This document shows, piece after piece, positions 26,416 through 37,134 of a DNA stretch of 64,000 bases (its first letter is position 1; the number at the start of each line of letters is the position of its first letter). This stretch comes from Amoebidium appalachense (lineage: Eukaryota; Protista; Ichthyosporea), in the NCBI GenBank assembly GCA_963693365.1, contig CAVNZM010000015.1, positions 4,285,502-4,349,501 on the forward strand, given 5' to 3'. The notes below the pieces were generated by a model. The model was not told the origin of the DNA, did not search any database, and saw only the letters and a list, made by a program, of their open reading frames with translations. The translations under genes were made by a program, and so were the position numbers.

Positions 26416-28535
26416 ACACAGGTGGCATCTCCTGACGCAGGGGACGTTCTCGAGTCTTTGGCCGTGGCCCAACGAACTTTCCAGTTTGCCGGCCACGTCG
26501 AGGAAATGATGAAACTCGGCAAGAAATACCTTCTCGTATTTTCCGAAGAAAACCCGGACCCATCCGCCGGAGAAACAAGTTCGGGGAGCCGCCTAACTAC
26601 GCCAAGTGGGGGTAAAACCGAGTCGGGAAAGAAGAAAAACCGGAATTGCACGAGTGGCGGCGGCGGCGGCAGCGGGGAGAAGGAGAGGAAGGAGGAAAAT
26701 GTTTGTGTGGTATTGAGAGATGCGCCGATGGCGGTGAAACGTGTGCTCCAATTTGCACGTGTGGGCAAATTGATCGTCGCACACCGCCCGTTCCGTCTTG
26801 ATTTTCCGGCTCTTGGCACGGACCCACTTCAGACGACAAAGGGGCCGGTTTCTCATACCGCCGTGTTTGGTGGTACACCTGGAAAGGGAGGAAAGATGGA
26901 GCAAGGGGGTATGGGTGTTGTGGGGGGAGAAGGGGACGGAGAGTTGACATCGTGTACGTTAGGCGCAGTGGCGGTGGAGAGGTGTATAAAGTGGGCAATG
27001 GTATTCGGAAGGGCGGGGGGCGCGTGCATGAAGGACAACCGGAACATAATTTGCGAGTGGAGACAGCCTGTGGCGTGGGCTTGCCACCACCGATCGGACG
27101 TATTTGATTGGCCTATCGCCGGATCGGTTAAGGAGGGCGGCGGTGTGGGTGCGGCGGAGGTGGAGGGAGAGGATGTGTTTGGTGTAGCGAGTAGCACTAT
27201 GGCATTGGGAGCAACAGGGAGCACGGTATGCTTAAGGGGGGTAACCCTCCTCCCAACCACGCTGCTTCACACACGACTCCTCCCTCTTCTGTTGACGGAC
27301 GTCGACTCGACCACGGCGGAGACGTTGCTGATGGTCGACGAATCAGATCGGGTCTTGGCTTACGTAAGTAGCTGCATGGACGGGCCGGTTTCTCTCGCGC
27401 CGCGGTATTTGACCCCGGGTGATATTGAGCGAATCAACAAGGTCCGTTCGGCCATTCGGGTACTTCTAACGGGAGTGTCAGAGACGTGGGTCACCGGCCC
27501 GGCTTCCCCTCTCTCCGCACCCATAAACATTGAGCGGGAAGAGAGCGCAAACTGTGAAAATGTCTTCGGTAAGGGGGGTTCTTCGGGTTCTTCAGCGGCG
27601 GGGCAGGGGGGTCAGGGGGGTCGGAAACGAAAGTCGACCACCCCCCACCAACTATATGAAGAGTTGATTCATGCGGTTTTGTCGCGACCGCCGCTTGACC
27701 CAGAACGCGAAGACGGGGGAGAGACGACGTGGCGGCGCGTGTACAGGAAAGGTTTTGATCCGAAGGGAGACGTGGGTGGGACGGGAAAGAAGAAACGAAA
27801 CAAGGCGGCGCGAAGTCGGGAAAGGAAAAAGGCGGAGGGGAAAGGAACGGGCGGGGTGGGCGGCGTGGGGGGGGTGTGGATGGGGTTGGTGGGGAAGACA
27901 GTGGATATGTGGTTTTGGCGGACCTTGCCTGGCCCCCACGCCCGGTAAAGAAAACGGCGAATGATGGGTGGGAGTCAGATGAAGAGGATAATGATTCAGA
28001 GGCGACGGGCGTAATACTTCCACAGATCGCGCGATCGCGCCCGGATACGCCTAAAAAAGGAAAAGAGGCAAAAGAAGCGGGAGAATTTGAATTTCCGGAG
28101 GAGGAGGATGTGCCTACTGCACCGGCGATGGGGAAGAGGGAGAGGAAGAGTGAGAGGAAGAGGAAGGAGAAAACGAGGGGGAGGGAGGGAGGGAGGGATG
28201 GCGGGTTGGGTGATGGCTGTGGGGAGGGAACGTCGCGAACGGCAACACCCACTTCGAAACCTTTCAGGTGTGCTACACATGCACGTACCCGTACGACCCA
28301 CACACACACACAACCGCACACACACACACAACCGCACACACACACACAACCGCACACACACACACAACCGCACACACACACAACCGCACACACACACACG
28401 CACACACCATGACTTCAAGCTGTGTGCGTGTGTGGAAATGATATGAGCTGTGAATTTGGGGTGCACTGGTAGGGCGAGATGTGGATAACTGTATTGGAAT
28501 AGGTGGGTTCATATGTGTGTGTCTCGGGCAGGGTT

Positions 28536-28570
<35 letters not shown>

Positions 28571-29118
28571 GCATGTGTATATGGGTGTGTTGGGCCTTGC
28601 ACCATGTTACTGACAGGGGTCCTGCTTCATGCGTTAAGGGTGGCAAATGTAACCTAAACCCCCTCCCTTCCCCTTTTTAAAGATTTTGCTCTGAAGGTGT
28701 AGTGTGGTGAATGCCTTTTTTCTTTGATGGGGCGGAGGCTCGTGAGTCAAAGATGGATAACAACAAGCTCAACAATCCTGTTCTTTAATTAAATATATGT
28801 GACCTTAATTAATATCCTGTTAACGCAATGGTGGTGCTTTTTTTTAAAACACATCCCCGAGGGGGGAGGGGGAGGGGGGGGGGGGGGGGCAAGGGGGTGG
28901 GGGGGGGAAGGGGGGGGGGGGGGGGGGAGGGGCATGTATGAGAGAATAACCCTACGACAACTCACAGGCCAAGTGCATTGGGTGGGGCCTCTACCTCCAC
29001 TCCCGGTAAAGCCTCTCCTTCTCCGGCCCCCCCCCCCCCCCCCCCATCCCCCCCCCCCCCCCCCAACACACACACACACGCATACACACACCTAGCCCCC
29101 CCCCCCTCCCCCCCTCCC

Positions 29119-29149
<31 letters not shown>

Positions 29150-29844
29150 ACACCCCTTAGCAGAACACACACGGCTTACATGAGCGTGTGCACACACATG
29201 CATATAATTACTACTGCCAATTTGTGGGTGTAGACAGGGACACACGCATACACATGCATGTCATGCAGCCCACCCCCACAAGCATCCACATAGGGGTGAG
29301 AGGGGGAGGGGGGGGGGGAGGGAGGGGGGAGGGGGGCTCTTTTTAACAGTTCTCGGAGTTATCTCACCACACACCTATAGACACACATCAGTCCACCATC
29401 TGCTCATACATAGTTATTCTTCCTCCTCCCCCTCCCTTCCCCCCCTCCCCCCCCCCCCCCCCCCCCGGCCTCCTCCCCTCCCAAAGATTGATAGTCACCA
29501 CCACACCAATATACTTTCCCATACCCCTATGGCATTCAGCTAGCCTTCATCCTACATCTATATATAGCCATCACGTGCCCAAAACTCATTCTCACTTTTA
29601 TTCCCTCGCAGGCACACAAGGCAAGAATCACAACAAGAAGCCACAAACGCCACAAACAGAGCAACAACCGCCGTCCATTCCTCTGCGAAACGGAATAGCC
29701 GATACAGCCTGGGAGGAGGGAGCGGGGCTGGGTGAATGCAGTCAACCGACACTCAGCCAACTAGTTGCGTTGGTGAGGGATGATGTTGGGTCTCAAACGG
29801 GATCGAGGAATACAACGCCTGTGGATGAGTGGTGGATGGATTGA
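13281..29844 (+). CDS. Asteroid/XPG-family PIN nuclease fused to DExH-box (DEAH/RHA, Spindle-E/TDRD9/DExH8-like) RNA helicase, ~2,170 aa, 16 exons
   Basis: Phase-consistent GT-AG exons: 13281-13459, 13910-14187, 15354-15558, 16199-16672, 17309-17583, 18234-18372, 19213-19987, 20512-21312, 21771-21900, 22860-23170, 23699-23962, 24685-24868, 25516-25910, 26422-28267 (frameshift in G8 at 27867-27874), 28968-29005, 29612-29844 (TGA). PIN motifs: MGVHGL start, LIVDH, VVDA, EEAD, SGDSDF, LCGTD. Helicase motifs: [52 protein letters not shown], then an HA2-like region. The exon 5 donor and exons 15-16 are less certain. Confidence 0.88.
15022..15122 (-). repeat. Dispersed repeat family copy (inverted)
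   Basis: TGAGGATTTGCTCTGCTTAT...GGTTTGCACTCTGCATTGTGTT...TGTGTACTTCGTATTTTATGACACATTC is the reverse complement of the family consensus. Confidence 0.75.
18822..18913. repeat. Perfect 46 bp tandem duplication
   Basis: GGCTCTACTTCTGTCATATGCTTTGTGGTGGGGTGTGCATTTTCT occurs twice. Confidence 0.9.
19915..25700 (+). other. DExH helicase core (RecA1, RecA2) plus HA2-like region of the fusion gene
   Basis: [10 protein letters not shown]...VTCIQ|[75 protein letters not shown]...FDQGRYSEP. Confidence 0.93.
24018..24086 (-). repeat. Dispersed repeat family copy (inverted, partial)
   Basis: TGCATCGTGTTATCCGTTTGTTCTTGTGTACTTCGTACTTTTTGACG matches the reverse complement of 48500-48560. Confidence 0.75.
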
Positions 29845-29909
29845 TTGGGGTGGAGAGTGGGAGATGTGTGTCTGTGTTTTTCTCTTCTGTTTTTTGGGGT
29901 GTGTGTGTG

Positions 29910-29948
<39 letters not shown>

Positions 29949-30505
29949 ATATGTTCTCTTTCTTTATATGTCTTCTTTACTGTTCCATTTCTTTTTGGGG
30001 TGGGTTTTTTTTGCGTTTTTTGGGGGGGAGGACTGATCGTGATATCGAGTGACTGTATCTGGTCTCTTGAATAAATAGAAGGAATGATTGGGCCTAAATG
30101 GCATATTGACAGAGACCGGCAATGGTTTGCAGCGTACGGCTTGCTATTTGACGTTGCACACAAGTATTCATAGCCGTTTTTTGAATAGAATATACCATAT
30201 GGAGATTGTGTGACGCGTAGGGAGTGCTACTAAACACTGTACGACGAATTAATCGTGCCTTTTGTAAATGGGAGCGGTGAATGAAGGATTGCTAATATAC
30301 AGGATTTTTTTTTTTCTTCCAATTAAATTTCTTTACATCTATCATGAACATTTATGGTGTGACAGCAGTCAACCCCCCCCCCCCCCTCCTGCCCCGCTCC
30401 CCCCCCCCCCCCCCCCCCAGGCCCACACAGTGCACACACACGCGCACGCACAGACACACACATACACACACACACACACACAAATGCACGAATGCACACA
30501 CCCAT

Positions 30506-30550
<45 letters not shown>

Positions 30551-31471
30551 GTCACACTCACGCACACTCCCACACACACGGACCGTACACCATGAGAACG
30601 ATACTTTACCCCAATCAAAAAAGTAGGTATTTCTACATGGAACAAAATGAAGAAGATGGTGGTTGAAGGGGAAGGGAAAGAGACATGACGTGCAGAAAGG
30701 AACGGAAAAGGGAGGGAGGTTCTTGGGTCGCCGTCGACGGCTGGGTATCCTGGGAAGAAAAAAATTTTTTTTTTCTTGTGTGTGTGTGTTTGTAGGGGGG
30801 GGCAATAGGAATCGGGCTTGGCAAGGGTGGGGTGGGGGGGTAGAGGGGGGGGGGGGGGGGGGATAATGCTTAGATTATATCAGAGACTGTACACAAACAT
30901 TTTGAGCAACCACATGCCTGGCTAGTGCGCCTGTTTAGTGTGTCTTTAGCTTGCTAGCTAGGCAGGTCTTGATTCATAATTATTTTCCGAGAATAAAGCG
31001 TCTGTGACATGCGGGCAATACACACACACACACACGCCGTGACACAGCACAGGCCGAGTCCTAATATTAGCTAATCTATTTTGCAATTGCTATGGACACG
31101 TACGTAAGGCCTGGGCCCTGCCTGTCCCCCCTCCCCTTCTCACCCCCACTACCCCCCCCCCCCCCCCCCCCCCGGCCCCCAACATGACACCACACACACA
31201 CACATGTACACAGTCACACCACCACCACCACGCGTACTGATGTATCCTTAGTATATTTAGTTAGCCCCCAGTGGCACCCGTGTCACTACATTGGATTCAA
31301 TTGTGACTCCGAATAATTGCCAACGGCCGCCCCAAATTCAGATACAGATGGTACATGTGGACACTGTACACCCATGCCGAGGCTCACACCGCGCACGCAC
31401 GTACAAAACGTGCGTGTTCACAGGTGCACATGCACACTAGTCACTCTGAGTGCTGTCTCCCTGCGGCCCCT

Positions 31472-31507
<36 letters not shown>

Positions 31508-31608
31508 GTTGCCGCAGGCGACAGCGTAGTAGGGCCCAGCCACTTACGCGTAAGCCAGCGGGTACAAAGCCTTGGAGACTACGTATACGTGTACACGATC
31601 CTTTCCCA

Positions 31609-32871
31609 CAGTCACGACTGGTTTGGAACAACCCATAGTTTCCCCCCCTTGGGCGTTGTTCCTTCTCAAGGTAGCTCGTCCGTAGTCTGTATAATGCTAA
31701 CATAGTGATTGCGCAATCAACCTTATATGACGTCATTCGTCATAATATTATTACGTCATGGTGGATTGCGGGCGGTGCGCCAGTGGCTGTGCAGCCTCGG
31801 TGTACAAATAAATATGTACTAGCCTGTACAGTCCGGCCCTTCGGGCCGTCCTGAGTCCAATATACTATAAATTACGTAGTTAAAATAATTATAATAAATT
31901 TAATAATTACTACGGGTTGACTGTATGGCCCACTTGCCTTACTGTAAACACTGTGACATGCCGCCGCGTCCTACGTTGTGTGCAGTGCATCATACCGTGC
32001 ACTGACTGCACTGGCCGCGGCCACTGGCAGGCTGTTAAAGACACGGCAAAAGGCAACTTTTTTAAAGTTTTCTTAATTTCAATTAGACTGTTAAGAGGAT
32101 TATCAAGTACTGGGCTAGAAACTTGCGCCGGAACCGAAAACACGACTTCACATGTGTTTCAGCATGCATCAACATTTTCGTAACAGAAACCTCATCCCGA
32201 AGCAAGTATATAGTAAAAAATCCTTTATTCACGACGTATAAAAAGGTTGTTAGAGGTTCTAGTGACTACATGATTCGGCCCTCTTTATATTCCATGTTTT
32301 AAACGTTAGGTTGACATTAACGAAAATTTAATAAACCATGGCTTGTATAATGTCGTGTATACCAAACAAACAGTACAATTTATAGCTGATTTATGTCGAA
32401 CCCGCTACATGTTTTAGTTACGGGCACCCGTGATTTGCTTTAAAGTTTTGAATTCGCCAATCATACTTGTGCAGTGACTACTGCCTAAAGGCGCTACTTG
32501 GTTTTAGCAACTTCACGTTAAAACGATGGTAAGTATACCTAGTTCTATAGCCGACATGTGCAGTGAGCGTGTACACGTGAAAAAAACCCTGACACCCCCA
32601 CTAGGTACTACTAGTGGGTAGCATCAGTTTCTCTGTTGCTGGTTGAAATAAGTTAGTGTCTTACGATTGGCAAATAGCGCACCCAAAACATTGACATTAA
32701 AAAAAATAAAAATAAAAAATAAAAAGGGGGGGGGGGGGGGAGTTATTGAGAGGGGGGGGGGGGGGAAGTTATTGAGGGGGGGGGGGGGGGGGGGGGGGGC
32801 TGGGGTTTGTTCCTTCTAAGGGGGAAGGAAGTTCAAGGAACAACCCTATGAACAAACTACCGTCGTGACTG
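31609..32871. mobile_element. Candidate non-autonomous TIR DNA transposon (Tc1/mariner-like ends)
   Basis: CAGTCACGAC at 31609-31618 and its perfect inverse GTCGTGACTG at 32862-32871. Both ends carry GGAACAA/TTGTTCC subterminal motifs. Right flank is TA, left flank is CA (imperfect TSD). No transposase ORF. Confidence 0.4.
31819..31860 (-). mobile_element. Helitron-like 3' terminus
   Basis: On the minus strand: GC-rich hairpin CGGCCC-GAA-GGGCCG (31834-31848), an 11-nt spacer, then CTAG (31819-31822) followed by T. This is the canonical Helitron 3' end. An AT-rich, repeat-free body extends to higher coordinates; the 5' TC end was not located. Confidence 0.55.
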
Positions 32872-33254
32872 TATGATGGCACATCATATGACGTAATCAT
32901 TTCCTTATTGTTCTTATTGGTCAACATCGACCAATAGCTATAGAGAAAGTTTGTGATTGGATTAGGTTAGCCAATTAATATACCGCTGATTCACGTGCAT
33001 TCCTGACAAAACAAAAACACGCGCATTGAGGCCCAAGGCCTGTGGTGTGTGACACTATAAGAGACACGTGCATGTTTCACATTCCGTCGTTCACAATACA
33101 TTTGTACACATCGATAACGAGCTTCAATCTCCATATATGGGGTTTGTTGGTGTATGCAATATAGTCTATGCATGACAAAGCTAAATGAAAACACGAAAAA
33201 AAAACTTACAAGAAATCTCGAACAGAATTGCTTCGGACGAAACTTTCGAGAAGC

Positions 33255-33650
33255 CCACGGTGCGTGCGTGCACGACATTCACAACAAACAAGAACATGCT
33301 TTATGCACATACTTGTTGCTCTGTTGCATACGCGTAGGGACTTCTACACCGTGAAACGTAGGTCATATGAGCGCGAGAGAAGGCTGTTTTTTCAAGTCTC
33401 TCCTTTTTTCCTAATTATGGCCGTTGGTATGTTGCACATGTGTACACTTTCGACAAAAGGAATTGCCCTATATGTCAGAGAGAAATTACTCTAAAACGCC
33501 ACAGTTCGTGCACCACATTCAAAACAAACAAGAACATGCTTCCGTACGCATGCCTGTTGCATGCGCGTAAGCACTTCTACACCGTAGGTCATTTTCCAAT
33601 TTTTTTCTTCTTTTGACTATTGGTATGTGGCGCACACGTTGTGCACATTC
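33255..33650. repeat. Diverged direct duplication (~240 bp period)
   Basis: ACATTCA.AACAAACAAGAACATGCTT...CTTCTACACCGT...TTGGTATGT occurs at ~33275 and ~33516. Confidence 0.8.
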
Positions 33651-33961
33651 GATGTCTCAGTCTGGAAAATGGTTAGTAAACGTTAGTATCGTGTGTGGTG
33701 AATCAGGTGTAAACAGACTAAGAGTATTACCCGACGACCACTTGTAACGGGATTTGGCCATGTTACCCAAAACAAAACGGGCATGTCACAAGTTGCTTCG
33801 TCCCCTCGAGCGCGTTATATGGTGCACATGTAAATAACATCTCCCAAGGATGGTTTCTCTGTGTACTAGCTCGACGTATTGAACGTGCGCGGTGTGCACG
33901 CATGAACGAATTCCTAACACTCTGTCACTCTACACCTACCCCAATAACAAGGCTCTCTCTC

Positions 33962-34003
<42 letters not shown>

Positions 34004-34111
34004 TCTTTTTTTGTACCTAACGTTCTCAGCGTTTCTCTAAGTTATCTGATTCACCTTTTTTGATTCGCAATCTTCCTAGTTTTTTTTATTGTTTTGTTCT
34101 CGTGATTTCCT

Positions 34112-34145
<34 letters not shown>

Positions 34146-34247
34146 ATAAGCTGACAGTACTAGTGTGGCAAAGTTATGTTGAAGCTGCACAAATTTGTTT
34201 ACGTAAATGTGTTTTTTTCTGACTCTTTTTGGTTTTTTCACCACAAA

Positions 34248-34647
34248 ATGGGCCCTGCCTGCTCTGGCGAGAGAAGGTGGGATTGGTACAACACCGACGC
34301 GTTTCCCTGTGGGGGGTATGACTGCGACAAGTTTTTCATTATAAAGGTTTGTTTCTTTCTTTCTTTCTTTTTTTTTTGTTCTTGTGTTCTTTAAGTGTAA
34401 TACATGGGAGGGAGGAACCGTGTCTAGGTTTGAGCATATTTGTAGGTTTTAGCCAATAAAAGGGAGGGGTCGGGTGGTGGAGGTGAGGAGGAATGGGAGG
34501 AGGAGGGGGGAGGGGGAGGGGGGAGGGGGGGGGGGGGGGGGGGGGGGGGGGAAGGAGCTGATGTAAAAGGGCAATAAGGGAGGGAGGAAGAAAAATCTGA
34601 AGGCTCCTGGAGAGTGACGGAGAGTGAGGGATTATGGGGATGGGGCT

Positions 34648-34690
<43 letters not shown>

Positions 34691-34773
34691 ATGGGTGGTG
34701 TTGGAAGGAACTTTAAAAAGGAAAGGCGGTGAACCAAGTCTTTTGACAGAGTTTTGTTTTTTTTTTTTTTTTT

Positions 34774-34804
<31 letters not shown>

Positions 34805-35069
34805 GGAGGGGGGGGGGGGGGGAGGTGGGGGACACTGCAGCATTGGATCGTGCAGAAGGAAGTGGCAGGGGGCTGGTTGAAGGTCGTTTTTTTTATAGGG
34901 GTGAGGGGGGGGTTCGGGGGGAGGGGGTTCAAGAAATGGATTCCTGACAATCTCCTGTAAGTTTGATTTACTAGAGGGTTGTAGAGGGTTGTAAGGTGAT
35001 TGCACTGCTCTGACCATCATTTTCTTTTCCATCCTCTAGATCTCTCTCTCCTCTCTATCTCCCTCCCTG

Positions 35070-35129
<60 letters not shown>

Positions 35130-35158
35130 TTCTCTCTCTCTCCCTCTCCCTCTCTCCC

Positions 35159-35192
<34 letters not shown>

Positions 35193-37075
35193 TCTCTCTC
35201 TTTTTTTTTTTGCAGGCAACCGGTTTGGCAGCAGCGACACTCAGCCTGGCAGCGTGCGTGTTGGTTGTCATTTTCACCTGCTGGCGAGCGCACAGACACC
35301 CACGCACCATGTCTCTTATCCAATACTTTCCCGCCTATTTGTGCATTTCTGATATTCTATTGGCTATCGCAACCATACTTACTTGTATTCCATTGGATGG
35401 CGAAAGGCCCGGCGGCGGCGTAGTTCCGTGCCCTGTGGAGGGATTGGTTTGGCAGGCAGCGGTGTTTAGTGCTTCTTTTACCACCGCGTGGATTTCATAT
35501 GTTTTGTTGCAGATTTTATTAGGGAGAAGTCCCGTAGGCAGGGGCTCGTGTCTGAAACCTGGACAGGCTATGTGTCTTTTTTTGTGGCTGGTGGTTGTTC
35601 CGGTAATTCTTGCTGTTCCACCTTTTTTTTTCGGATCGTATGGTGAAAATCGCGTAAAATGCGGTGTTATGCGGAATTTTCCATTTCTTTCGTTTTTTTA
35701 CAGTGTTGCCGTTCCTATATCGAGTGTTGTTGTCGCGGCCGTGTTCCATTTTTGCTCCGTGCACATTTTGAACGAATCACACCGATTACGCACACATCGG
35801 GGTGTTTTTCAGCTAAATGTAGGGGCGCTATACCGATTTACGGGAGTCACACGAAGGGATAGAAACTCTAGCGTTCATGGGCCTTCTCACATCCAACAGG
35901 ACATAACACGAACAAACCAAACCGTGCCCCGGGCAACTATCACAACAATAACAGCAACGACAACGCACGTTTCTATTCCCCCTGCGACTCAAACACATTA
36001 TCTACCCCCACCCGCAAGCGGAGAAAGTGAAAATACGCGACGAAATGAGGCATCTGTGCTGAATATTTCGCCAATGCAATCGCACGAGCAAACACACACA
36101 CAAGCTTCAGACATTTCTACACATGTACATGTATGTACACCCCCCCCCGGATCCCCCCTCCCCCCCCCCCCCCCGGATTCCCCCCCTCCCCCTTCCCTCC
36201 CCCCCTCACTCACCTTCCCCTGTTCTTCCCAACCTCCCCCCCCCCCCACACACACATGTACACACACCGACACCCACGCCCCATCTCCCCTGTTCTTCCT
36301 CCTGGGCTTCCCTTATTTCCAATCCCTCCTGCTACAAGCCCCCCCTCCCCCCTCCCCCCCCCCCCCCCCCCCCCCCCCCCCCGCCGCTTCCAGGTGTGCC
36401 TGCCTGCCCCCTTTATCCCACGAGCCTCTCGTTTAGCATGTGCACTGGCACACACATTACTGAGTCAGGACATATATAACCCCGCAATAGTGTGTGTGTG
36501 ACTTTGGACTGCCACTTACTTATTAAACATGTACACAATCACAAGATAATCACGCAATATAACAAATGGAAAAAGATACCACACGACACTAGACCCGATG
36601 AAAGCATACACCTTGAAAAACTAAGCCTTATGTCTCGTTTTATATATACTGACCGCCTCAACCATATTGCCAAATATGGCACTCGCAAGTGTATAACACC
36701 TAAATACATATTACCTTCCTGTAGAACTGGTCTTTCTCTAGCTGATGGTATTATTGATCAATTACCACGCTTTTACTGTACACGTGCTATACAGTGGAGA
36801 TCTAATAAGTATAAGGTGGCATCATTTGCATGCCCAAACAACACACACACACACCAGTTTAACCGGTCATGTATCGCCAAATGTAGTTTGATAGACCACA
36901 TAATACCGCAACACACACACGTCACATTCACAACAGACACCCAGAAAGATAGCCTACCTGTAAATTACAACATCCTTGATTTTATACTAAACACGCGTAA
37001 CTACGACCTGTTTATTAGATGTATTGATTGGCTTGAGAAACACATCACTACAAAATTATAGCGCACACACACACA

Positions 37076-37134
<59 letters not shown>

